Below the pieces are notes generated by a model. That model did no database searches, was not told the DNA's origin, and saw nothing but the letters and a program-made list of their open reading frames with translations. A program made the position numbers and the translations under genes. 64,000 nucleotides of DNA from an uncultured Aquimarina sp. GTDB lineage: Bacteria; Bacteroidota; Bacteroidia; Flavobacteriales; Flavobacteriaceae. Every line of letters starts with the position of its first letter. The first letter of the stretch is position 1. Location of the stretch: assembly GCA_947498595.1 (NCBI GenBank), contig CANMKX010000021.1, positions 9,594 to 73,593 on the forward strand, written 5' to 3'. Positions 30,430 through 39,234 of the stretch are shown here, piece after piece.

Positions 30430-32169
30430 TTACGCTATTGTTTCTTTGGTTTCGCAGTCTATTACTCCCAAAATTCCATCCAGATAATTTAATATCATTT
30501 TTTGTTTGTCTCCAGATAAATCTCTGGTTGCAGGCATATAATTCGGATCTGTTTTCTCTTTACTAAATACAAATTTCAAAATTTTGGCATTATTATCTAC
30601 TACCTCTTGTTTTGCTAAATTAAATACTCCTTTAGACATTAACGGATAAAGGTTAGCATACTGTTGCATAGTAGGTTGAAGATCTTCCCACGTAGGGCAA
30701 TCTATTTTTTCTTGTTTTACACTATCGAAAACCAGAAGGCTAATAAAGTTATTTTGATTGCCACCTGAGAAAGATTGTCCTTCTAGATTATAGGTTAAAG
30801 CATAGATTTGTCCATCTATAAACTCTCTAGGATTGTCAGGATCTCCAGCTGTAATTTCTAAAACAGCTGTTCCATATTCATTTGTTACTACTTGAGAAGC
30901 GTTCTGTATTGCCGAAGTTGGTACGCCTGTTACTGGGACTGGGGGATCATCAAACATATATGGCGCTTGTTGAATCTCTATCGTTTTATTTGCAGCTATT
31001 TTTCCTAATTCCGTAGCATAAAAATTAACTGCGCACTGTTCTTTAGGGTTTAAACGGAAAACAAACTTATCTGCTATAGCATATTCAGCACTTTCATTAA
31101 ATACCTGCGTAACTGTCGGGTCTAGAGTAAGCGTATTTGGGTTACTAGCCTGATAATCTACAATAGTTAATGGATATTTATTAACTAAATCTAATTGTTC
31201 TTTAGATAAGTTAAATGTACAACTCCCCGATTGTTGCATGTACCATCCTGGAACTCTATAATTAATTTTCCCTATATAATCATATTCTGGGACTTCTGCT
31301 GTACCAATATTTATTGCTAAAGTTAAATTACGAGTCTCTACTACCTCAACTTTTCCATTAACCTTTCCAAACTGCAAGGCATTAGATAAATCCATTGTAA
31401 TAGTCTTTAAACTGTCGTCTACAACTGCGGTCGCATAATTACAATTAGAACCAACTGGGAACATTTGTCTCCCTAAAACGCAATGGTTTGGTTCTAAAGT
31501 AGAAGATGGCCCTATAGAACCTGCTAATCTACCAATAGTAAATTCTGCTGATGTATGATCTAAATTATAACGATCTACCGTGAATTGAATAGATAGCATA
31601 TCTTTGCTAGCATCTTTTAATTCTTGAAGATATCTTGAATTAGATTGTTCTATATTCCAATTTATATTTGTAATTACTGATTGATAAGATGCTGTTGCTT
31701 TTCCTGCTCCGCCTTTTATATCTGTCGACCTGTTAAGCCAAAGATTTGTAAACGCTGCCTCTTTATAATCGCCTGTCATTAAATCATTCCCATCGTCCAC
31801 AATTCTAACTTGCATTCCCCAAATTTCAGAAACTCCTTGTTGTTGAGAATCTAAATCTACTATTTTACCAGCAACTCTTCCATCTGCATCCATAACGCTC
31901 ATTCCTATAATAGCATCGTCTTCAGGATTGCTTGTTGTAGTACCATCTTGATAGGTTACACTAGTAACCACACAATCTATTAATCTAAAATTACCTGTTC
32001 CGTCTGGATTCCACCAGCCATTAGTTCCGGGATTACCAGGTAAATTATAATCTTGAAATTCGGGACGAAACGTCGCATTATTAAAATGATTTGGATCATT
32101 ATTTACCGTTGAGGGATCGGCTTGAAACTTCCCTGAAAAAGTAAGCCTTGGCGTGTTTAAATAAGACAT
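30430..32169 (-). CDS. Protein resembling the N-terminal part of VioB / chromopyrrolate synthase
   Basis: N-terminus MSYLNTPRLTFSG and C-terminal LYPLMS...FNLA...YMPATRDLS..K...L.YL match my recollection of VioB/RebD; not verified by alignment. Confidence 0.62.
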   Translation of the reverse strand: MSYLNTPRLTFSGKFQADPSTVNNDPNHFNNATFRPEFQDYNLPGNPGTNGWWNPDGTGNFRLIDCVVTSVTYQDGTTTSNPEDDAIIGMSVMDADGRVAGKIVDLDSQQQGVSEIWGMQVRIVDDGNDLMTGDYKEAAFTNLWLNRSTDIKGGAGKATASYQSVITNINWNIEQSNSRYLQELKDASKDMLSIQFTVDRYNLDHTSAEFTIGRLAGSIGPSSTLEPNHCVLGRQMFPVGSNCNYATAVVDDSLKTITMDLSNALQFGKVNGKVEVVETRNLTLAINIGTAEVPEYDYIGKINYRVPGWYMQQSGSCTFNLSKEQLDLVNKYPLTIVDYQASNPNTLTLDPTVTQVFNESAEYAIADKFVFRLNPKEQCAVNFYATELGKIAANKTIEIQQAPYMFDDPPVPVTGVPTSAIQNASQVVTNEYGTAVLEITAGDPDNPREFIDGQIYALTYNLEGQSFSGGNQNNFISLLVFDSVKQEKIDCPTWEDLQPTMQQYANLYPLMSKGVFNLAKQEVVDNNAKILKFVFSKEKTDPNYMPATRDLSGDKQKMILNYLDGILGVIDCETKETIA

Positions 32170-32413
32170 ATTTAAATTTTAGTTATATATTTAAGAGTAA
32201 GTTGGTTTTATAGTTCTATATGAAGTATGTAATTGAACTACTCTAATTTTATTGTTTTTCAAAACATAAAATTAGATATTACTGTATAATTAATTATGGG
32301 TATAAATACCTGTTTTTTTTATAAATCTACTAATTAAATACATTTTTTATCCGCTAAAAGCCATAATAAACGAGCATGCTATTTTAAAATGAAACAATAA
32401 CAGTAATGCTAAA

Positions 32414-32630
32414 CCATTGCATACACATTTCCACTTCACTCCTATCGACGCTTCGAGCAATGCGTATTCCATTATAGTAGTAGAAGAAACTTTTTAGAAA
32501 GAAAAAAAGAAGATTTGTCTTTGGGAAAATCCAACGTATCACTTAGTTTCTATATATAAAAGTCTACTATACTTTTATATATATTTGTACCAAAGCAAAA
32601 TAGCATAGCACAAAACATTGTTGCGCATTC
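32414..32630. repeat. Inter-module repeat R5
   Basis: Highly similar to R3 (CCTATCGACGCTTCGAGC, GAAGATTTGTCTTTGGGAAAATCCAACG); 13-bp-arm palindrome at 32551-32583; degenerate terminal site. Confidence 0.85.
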
Positions 32631-32964
32631 TATAAATAGGTTTGTCTTACTAGATGAGGCTATTTATAACTTAGATGATTCGCTGGCATTATTATCAATA
32701 ATATATCTTTCTATTTTCCATCCGCATCATCTCGCAGCTTATTATAATTGATTTGACGATCAATAATAATAACTCGTGTAAACATCCCATAGTAATTCTA
32801 TACTATTATTTTCCTCGCTAAAATCTTGCTTAAAAATTTCTTTACACTTGTTATATATAGAATTTCGAATAACTCTTTTTTCTTTGTCTTTGTTTTGAAA
32901 CAAAAAAATCAAGTTTACATACGGGCACAACGTTAATAAAATACACAAAAGTATGTTTTTAGTG

Positions 32965-33090
32965 AAGCAGCAAGTTGGCGTGTTAGAGAAACAATTAACG
33001 TAGCAGTCACTATATTTTAGGCGGTACAAAATCAAAAGTCAACTAGATTTTTGATTTTGTGAGCGAGCTGGTGTGTTGGCAGTTTACACA
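32965..33090. other. GC-richer structured segment with hairpin; possible transfer/replication-origin remnant
   Basis: ACAAAATCAAAA-GTCAACTAGAT-TTTTGATTTTGT (33026-33060) shares the AAAAGTC.ACTAGA.TTTT core with the R3 and R5 palindromes. Confidence 0.35.
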
Positions 33091-33207
33091 TTTTGTTCAA
33101 TCTAAGCTACTACCATTATCAAGTCGTATCATCTCATAGCTTTATAAAATTGTTTCTATCAATCAATTTTGTAAACTCGTCTAAAATATGCATGCTCATT
33201 TTCCAAC

Positions 33208-33286
33208 CGTATCAGCTCGCTGCTATACTAATTCCTTCACTGGAGTTATCACTATATCTTGTGTTTTAGTCAAAATTATATAAGGC
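33208..33286. repeat. Repeat block B, copy right of the ebo module
   Basis: TAATTCCTTCACTGGAGTTATCACTATATCTTGTGTTTTA versus TAATTCCTCCACTGGAGAAATCATTATATCTCGTGTTTTA at 22202. Confidence 0.7.
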
Positions 33287-33339
33287 TAACTCATTAAAAT
33301 AATTGAGAGAAGGGTTAATTGTAGTTATATTACAAACTA

Positions 33340-34689
33340 TTATTCTTTAGTCCAAACTGAAGTTTTTCCATTTTGTTCCCAGATAATCTTATTTTCTTCT
33401 GGTTTGAATTCAAATTTAGCACCAATAGCCCCAATTCTAAAGGTGTGCTTATCTATTGCGGTTGCAGGGAATAAATCTTGCATAGTTCCTTGTGCTGTTA
33501 AAATATTTCCATTTTTACCAATGGTAATTTTTAGCCATTTTGGTACATCAGGTGATGAATAAAGACCTAAATATTGATCTAATTCTTCTGATGTAACATC
33601 ATAAGTTGGTCCAAATTCAGGAATTTTAAATGGTTTATTATACATAGCATCCAAAACTGTTTTTTGAATATCTCGATCTTTAAAATTTAATCCATTGGTA
33701 GCAAACGTATAGATTAAATCATCTTCAGGAATATAAATATAGTTAGCTCTAAAACCATCAATAGTTCCTGGATGTTCATAAGCTATTTTTCCATTAACAT
33801 CTATTTCAAAAATTCCTAAACCTACTGTATCTTGAATGTTCTTCATTTTCTTTAGTGTTTCTTGATTTAGAATTTCTCCTCCAAAGAGAGCTTTAACGAA
33901 CTTTACTAAATCTATTGTTGTAGAAACCATGCCTCCTGCTCCTAATGGAATAGAAATGCTTGTTTCTGGTTCAACAGACCAATCTGCTATATATTTATAT
34001 GACTTACTCTCCTTTTTTGAAGTATCTATAGTGTCATCTAGATACGTATTACTTAATTGAAGTGGTTCCGTAATTTTTTCTTTTAAAATTTCATTAAATG
34101 TTTTGCCGTAAACTTTCTCCAAAATACGCGTTAATAAAATAAAGTTAGAATTACTGTAATAGGCTTTAGAATTTGGCGCAAACTGACTTTCACCGTTTCG
34201 AATAATCGTTAAAATTTCATCACGAGTTTTATCTTCTGTTCTCCAATCTAAAAAGTTAGGCTCGCTAGTTACACTATAAATGCCACTTCTATGGTTAAGT
34301 AAATATTCAATTTTTATGTCTTTGGCATTTTTAATTCTAGGATAGAATTTATCAAGTTTATCTTCTAAACTTAATTTTCCTTCTTCAACTGCCTTTAAAG
34401 TTAAAACTGCGGTGAAAGTTTTAGTGGTTGAGCCAATCCTGTACTTTGTATTCTCATCTGCTTTAGTTTTGTTTTCATAATCTGAAAACCCAACTGTTTT
34501 AGAATACACTATTTCTCCCTCTTTCATAACAGCTACACTTCCCATAAACTTATTTCCATCTTCTAAAGTTGAAAAATAATTGTCTAATTGAAATTTATTA
34601 AAATCAGGAGATAACGTGCTCCTATAAATATAAAATCCAACTAACATAGCTACTATTATTATGGTTATAATTATAATTCCTTTTTTCAT
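33340..34689 (-). CDS. Serine hydrolase, beta-lactamase/penicillin-binding-protein-like family
   Basis: STTK (SxxK), YSN (YxN), HPG; N-terminal membrane anchor. Confidence 0.88.
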   Translation of the reverse strand: MKKGIIIITIIIVAMLVGFYIYRSTLSPDFNKFQLDNYFSTLEDGNKFMGSVAVMKEGEIVYSKTVGFSDYENKTKADENTKYRIGSTTKTFTAVLTLKAVEEGKLSLEDKLDKFYPRIKNAKDIKIEYLLNHRSGIYSVTSEPNFLDWRTEDKTRDEILTIIRNGESQFAPNSKAYYSNSNFILLTRILEKVYGKTFNEILKEKITEPLQLSNTYLDDTIDTSKKESKSYKYIADWSVEPETSISIPLGAGGMVSTTIDLVKFVKALFGGEILNQETLKKMKNIQDTVGLGIFEIDVNGKIAYEHPGTIDGFRANYIYIPEDDLIYTFATNGLNFKDRDIQKTVLDAMYNKPFKIPEFGPTYDVTSEELDQYLGLYSSPDVPKWLKITIGKNGNILTAQGTMQDLFPATAIDKHTFRIGAIGAKFEFKPEENKIIWEQNGKTSVWTKE

Positions 34690-34728
34690 TGTAATAGTTT
34701 TGTTTGAAAATTTTAAAAATTTACTAGA

Positions 34729-35382
34729 TTATTTTATTTTATCTAAAGCTTCAGTAATCTTAACAACATACTTTTCAGCAAAGTTTAAATCTTTTTCGGG
34801 ATCAATAACACTTGAGGTAACAACTCCAACCAATTGTTCTTTTTCTTCTTTATTTATGTTGTATGCAACTGTCTCTATAACATATTTTGTAGATAATATT
34901 GTCTTTTTGGAAACAGGTATATATCCCTCAACATTTCGATGATAGCTTCCATATTCGTATAGAGAATGATAATAATCATCGAAATCATTATAATGAGTTT
35001 CATCTTTAATAGTGTAATAGGATCTTTTTAAATCCTTAACTGAAGTAACAACTATACCTTTATATCCTTTCTTCGTTATAGTATTTTTTATTTCTTGCAT
35101 TAGACTATTTGTTATCTTGCTATTCACATTAATTTGAGGATATTCTCTATAACTTTCGGTCACATTATACCCTCTCATTGTCATCTGTTTAACTATTCCT
35201 TCCTCGATAGTTATACGTGTACTATTATCAGCAGTTCGTGCTATTACCAAAATGTTTTGTTCTTTGAAATTATTCAATCTAACGCGGTCTGCTTTCCAGG
35301 CACTTAATACTTTAATACTTGAGCAACTATGGAACACAATCACCATTAAAAGGATCATAATTCTTATAATTTGGCTTCTCAT
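34729..35382 (-). CDS. Putative lipoprotein
   Basis: Hydrophobic signal peptide ending FHSC. Confidence 0.7.
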   Translation of the reverse strand: MRSQIIRIMILLMVIVFHSCSSIKVLSAWKADRVRLNNFKEQNILVIARTADNSTRITIEEGIVKQMTMRGYNVTESYREYPQINVNSKITNSLMQEIKNTITKKGYKGIVVTSVKDLKRSYYTIKDETHYNDFDDYYHSLYEYGSYHRNVEGYIPVSKKTILSTKYVIETVAYNINKEEKEQLVGVVTSSVIDPEKDLNFAEKYVVKITEALDKIK

Positions 35383-35446
35383 TATTTTAGTTGTTTAAAT
35401 TTTGCGCTACAAAACTGTAAATTAGTTAGATACTGCTAAAAAATAC

Positions 35447-35551
35447 TCAATTAACGTATTGATATTTTCAATCAATGATATCATAAGATCAACTTTGTTA
35501 TTGTTTGAATAATTCACTTTATTCATTGAAAAAAAAAGCTTACTTATTGAA
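35447..35551. promoter_or_regulatory. Two oppositely oriented sets of putative LytTR boxes
   Basis: TCAA(T/C) at 35447/35468/35489 and (A/T)TTGAA at 35504/35525/35546, each set at 21-bp spacing, in a divergent promoter region. Confidence 0.5.
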
Positions 35552-35603
35552 CTTTATTTTTGTATTTTACTATTTTCCTAATTTTGACAAAAACTAAGAT
35601 TGA

Positions 35604-36638
35604 ATGTCATTAAAACTAAATGTCAATTTATTACGTAACCCATTTATATTTTGGCTTGTTGTTGGCTTACTATACTATGGCATTTTATCATATTGGAATC
35701 CTACTGAAGCTTTGTTTTTTGCTTTTCAATTTGCTCTTATGCAAGGAATAATAGTAGCGTTTAACACTAAATACTTGCTCAAGAAACTAGAATATGACTC
35801 TGTTAAATACAAAACTCTCTCAATATTATTATTAGTTATTTTCTCTGGTTTGTCTATGGTAATTATGGCCTTATCTATTAATTATTTATTGCCTCCTCGT
35901 CTATCAAGTCAAAATCAATCAGTTCCTATTTTATGGATTTTCTTTATGAATATTCTAGCTTTAGGTGTTCCATTATTCATAAGTACATTTTTTCATATTT
36001 TAAGAAAAGAACGAGAGTATCGTATGCAAATTCAAGATTTAGAAAAGTTGCAAAATGAAACTGAATTAAAGTTTTTAAAAAGTCAGATTAATCCGCATTT
36101 TCTATTTAATGCGTTAAATAATATATACACTATAAGTTATACAGGTGATGCATCGGCTCCAGAAAAAATATTAATATTGTCCGATATGCTTCGTTATGTT
36201 CTTTACGATTGTAAGAGTAAAAAAGTGTTAATTTCTCGTGAATTGGAATATGTAAAATCGTTTATAGAATTTCAACAATTAAAAACAGAGTTTCCACAGA
36301 ACATTAATTTTCAAATTGATGAAGTAAATGAATCAATACAAATTGCTCCTATGATAATAATTCCATTTATAGAAAATAGTTTTAAGCATAGTAAAATAGA
36401 CACCGATAAAAATGCTTGGGTAAGTGCATTTATTAAAGTTGACAACGATAATTTAGTTTTTCAAATTGAAAATACAATACCAAAAGTTTCTCCACAAAAT
36501 TGGTTAAGCTCTGAAGGTGGCATAGGATTAGAAAATGTAAAAAAAAGATTAGAACTTCTATATTCGCAGAAATACACTTTGAAAATTGTTTCTAATGCTA
36601 GTACTTATTATGTTAACTTAACCATCAATTTAAATTAA
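35604..36638 (+). CDS. LytS/YehU-type histidine kinase
   Basis: SQINPHFLFNALN, IENSFKHS, GGIGLENV. Confidence 0.9.
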   Translation: MSLKLNVNLLRNPFIFWLVVGLLYYGILSYWNPTEALFFAFQFALMQGIIVAFNTKYLLKKLEYDSVKYKTLSILLLVIFSGLSMVIMALSINYLLPPRLSSQNQSVPILWIFFMNILALGVPLFISTFFHILRKEREYRMQIQDLEKLQNETELKFLKSQINPHFLFNALNNIYTISYTGDASAPEKILILSDMLRYVLYDCKSKKVLISRELEYVKSFIEFQQLKTEFPQNINFQIDEVNESIQIAPMIIIPFIENSFKHSKIDTDKNAWVSAFIKVDNDNLVFQIENTIPKVSPQNWLSSEGGIGLENVKKRLELLYSQKYTLKIVSNASTYYVNLTINLN

Positions 36639-36639
36639 T

Positions 36640-37380
36640 ATGGAACGTATCAATTGCATTATTATAGATGATGAATTTTTAGCTCGTAAGCTATTAACTG
36701 ATTACATAGAAAAATTACCTCAGATTCATTTACTGAAAAGTTTTGACAATGCTTTAAATGCTCTTGATTATGTTAATAGAAATGTTATTGATTTGATTTT
36801 TTGCGACATCCAAATGCCTGATTTAACCGGAATTGATTTTATAAAAAGTTTGCAACAAAAACCTGTTATTATTTTTACAACTGCATATTCTGAATTTGCG
36901 ATTCAAGGTTACGAACTAGATGTCACCGAATATTTACTAAAACCTTTTTCTTTACCTAGATTTATAAAAGCCGTTAATAAAGCTACTGAAATTATACGTT
37001 TAAAGCGTATAGCTCATAAAAATTTAAATTTTGAGAATACTTCAATTGAAAAAGTTTCAAATAAAGAAAATAAAAGCTTTATGCTTATTAAATCTGATCG
37101 CAAAATCCATAAAGTATTTTATGATAGTATTCTGTTTATTGAAGGTGCACTTGAATATGTAAATTTTTTCACCAAAGAAAAACGTATTTTAGGCCTTTAT
37201 TCTTTAAAAGAACTAGAAGATTTGCTTCCCAACTCTAATTTCATACGAGTACATAAATCTTATATTATAGCACTTAAAGAGATTAGTGAAGTTGATGGAA
37301 ATCAAATAATTATTCAAGAACACAAAATCCCGATAGGGAAAAGTCACAAAACAGAATTTCTTAAACGTTTTGGGGTATAA
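36640..37380 (+). CDS. LytTR response regulator
   Basis: IDDEFLA, DIQMP, YLLKP, FIRVHKSY. Confidence 0.92.
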   Translation: MERINCIIIDDEFLARKLLTDYIEKLPQIHLLKSFDNALNALDYVNRNVIDLIFCDIQMPDLTGIDFIKSLQQKPVIIFTTAYSEFAIQGYELDVTEYLLKPFSLPRFIKAVNKATEIIRLKRIAHKNLNFENTSIEKVSNKENKSFMLIKSDRKIHKVFYDSILFIEGALEYVNFFTKEKRILGLYSLKELEDLLPNSNFIRVHKSYIIALKEISEVDGNQIIIQEHKIPIGKSHKTEFLKRFGV

Positions 37381-37435
37381 CTTTTCACCTTTTTGTGAGC
37401 CAATAATTTAATAATTATTGTGTAGAAAGAATTTA

Positions 37436-37581
37436 AATTCACACATTCTACTTCTCTCCTACCGTCACTTCGAGCAAAGCATATTACATTATAGTTGCAA
37501 AGAAACTTTTTAAAAAGAAAAAAAATAAAAGAAGATTTGTCTTTGGGAAAGCACTACGCACCACCTCATTCCTATATATAA
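37436..37581. repeat. Inter-module repeat R6 (truncated in the palindrome)
   Basis: CTTCTCTCCTACCGTCACTTCGAGCAAAGC, GAAGATTTGTCTTTGGGAAA, TATATATAAA, then divergence. Confidence 0.8.
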
Positions 37582-37650
37582 ATCAGATGATTCACGGGAG
37601 AAGTTATGAGGTTTGAGTCTACACATTCTATTTGTAAAATGATAGTTATA

Positions 37651-37962
37651 TTAGCTATCTATAATTTTATTTAAAAAATCAATGGCTTTTTCTCTATAAC
37701 TTATACCAATAAGGATTTCAACTGAATCTACTTCAATTTCATTAATTATGAAAGCTGTAATTTTATTTATATTAATAATATAAGATCTATGAATTCTTAA
37801 AAATTGTTTATCCTTAAGTTTGTTTTCAATATCTCCTATTTTATATTTAGCAACAATATGTTTCTCATTTTTTATATGAATCTTTATATAATCTTTTAAA
37901 CTTTTTATATAGATAATCTCCTGTGTATAAACCTTGTGATGTTTATTTCCTGACTTCAACAA
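37651..37962 (-). pseudogene. LytTR DNA-binding-domain fragment lacking a receiver domain
   Basis: IIYIKSLKDYIKI...FLRIHRSYII; starts mid-protein without an ATG. Confidence 0.65.
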
Positions 37963-38335
37963 TAAAAAGTTATCTATCTTAGTAGTAGACTCTAGAATAT
38001 CTAGTTTAGATTATATCACACCAGTTGAAATGGAACTAAAAATTAAAATAAATCAATTAAATAATGTAGCTTAAAAAAATCGCACCAAATTTACTAGATA
38101 GTCCATAATTAAGAGAACTCCAATAAAGCCATTATGAAGTTTATTAATAATTCTATTTTCTTTTTTTATTCCGAATAAGAATAATTAATTGCTGAATATT
38201 GAGGGAAACCCTTTATATGACGCATAAAAAAAATAAAAACTAAATAATGCAATAAAAAATTCATAAAGTCTATAGTTCATAAATATCACTTATAGTTTTG
38301 TATTAAAGCTTTATATTTTTATATACTTAATAATA

Positions 38336-39064
38336 TTAATTAGTTAGTGTATCATAAGTATAAAAATTAGTTCTATTTAAAGTACCATTTATATAAATTC
38401 TCTCAACTGATGGATATCCTTCACTATTATATTCATATTCTTTTGTTTCTATATAGTTTGGTTCATCAGAAATAGTTCTTCGTACCACATTATTATTTCC
38501 TTCTAAAATAGTTTTTAAAAACGTTTCATTAAAAAAAAGAGTAGTTGGGTTTTTCATGGAATCATATTCATAAATAAAGCTCCTCCCATTTGTTGTATTA
38601 GTAGTATTTATAACATTATTTTCATCATCAAAAGTATTAATGTTTTCTACCAACAATTGATTCGTTTCTATATTATATTCTTTAATGTTTATTGCTTGAT
38701 TTAATACATTGTAACTATACTCTGATCTATAATAATCACTCTCAATACTTGAGACTAGGTTATTATTATTATTATAAGAGTATGCTCTAATTGTAAGACT
38801 ATCAGAATTACAATCTGAAATTAACTTATCATCATTATATTTATAAATAATGCCTCCGTTTTCATGTGTAGCTCTTATCAATCTAAATAAATTATCATAT
38901 GTATAATATAGATCTTGAGTTTGATTATTGTTATTATCAAATTGCTCTATTCTAACTAATTTATAAGCAGAATTAGACAATTGATCAGTATTGTTTTCTT
39001 CATTATCAGAACTGCAAGCGCTCATAAAAGAGGCTACAAGTAACAGGCAAAACAGTTTTTTCAT
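38336..39064 (-). CDS. Lipoprotein with YD/Rhs-like Y-x-Y beta repeats
   Basis: Lipobox MSAC; repeated YTYD/YKYN/YEYD/YEYN motifs; TACATTTG -7 box near 39095. Confidence 0.7.
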   Translation of the reverse strand: MKKLFCLLLVASFMSACSSDNEENNTDQLSNSAYKLVRIEQFDNNNNQTQDLYYTYDNLFRLIRATHENGGIIYKYNDDKLISDCNSDSLTIRAYSYNNNNNLVSSIESDYYRSEYSYNVLNQAINIKEYNIETNQLLVENINTFDDENNVINTTNTTNGRSFIYEYDSMKNPTTLFFNETFLKTILEGNNNVVRRTISDEPNYIETKEYEYNSEGYPSVERIYINGTLNRTNFYTYDTLTN

Positions 39065-39234
39065 ATCTATTAAAAAGTTTTTTGATTTCTTTTACAAATG
39101 TAATTTATTTATGGGATTACCATATGTTATCTACTTGTAATTTTTTTGAACGATTTTTTAATAATCATAACAATAACAAGATTTCTAGTATATATAATCG
39201 AGTAATTAGCTTTACATTAACTTAGATATTGTTA

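Noticed and set aside
29251-32169. Violacein or indolocarbazole cluster
   Set aside because: Only a VioB-like split pair is present; no VioA/C/D/E or RebO/P/C-type genes are in the window.
32760-33035. 91-aa minus-strand ORF
   Set aside because: The 5' half runs through the structured non-coding segment. The 3' half may be a gene fragment but cannot be assigned.
33340-34689. True beta-lactamase resistance gene
   Set aside because: It has only generic SxxK/YxN serine-hydrolase motifs plus an extra C-terminal domain; activity cannot be inferred.
12779-37581. CRISPR array or classical integron
   Set aside because: Repeats are 130-280 bp, irregularly spaced and separated by whole genes. No cas genes, no IntI integrase, and no clear RYYYAAC...GTTRRRY attC ends were seen.
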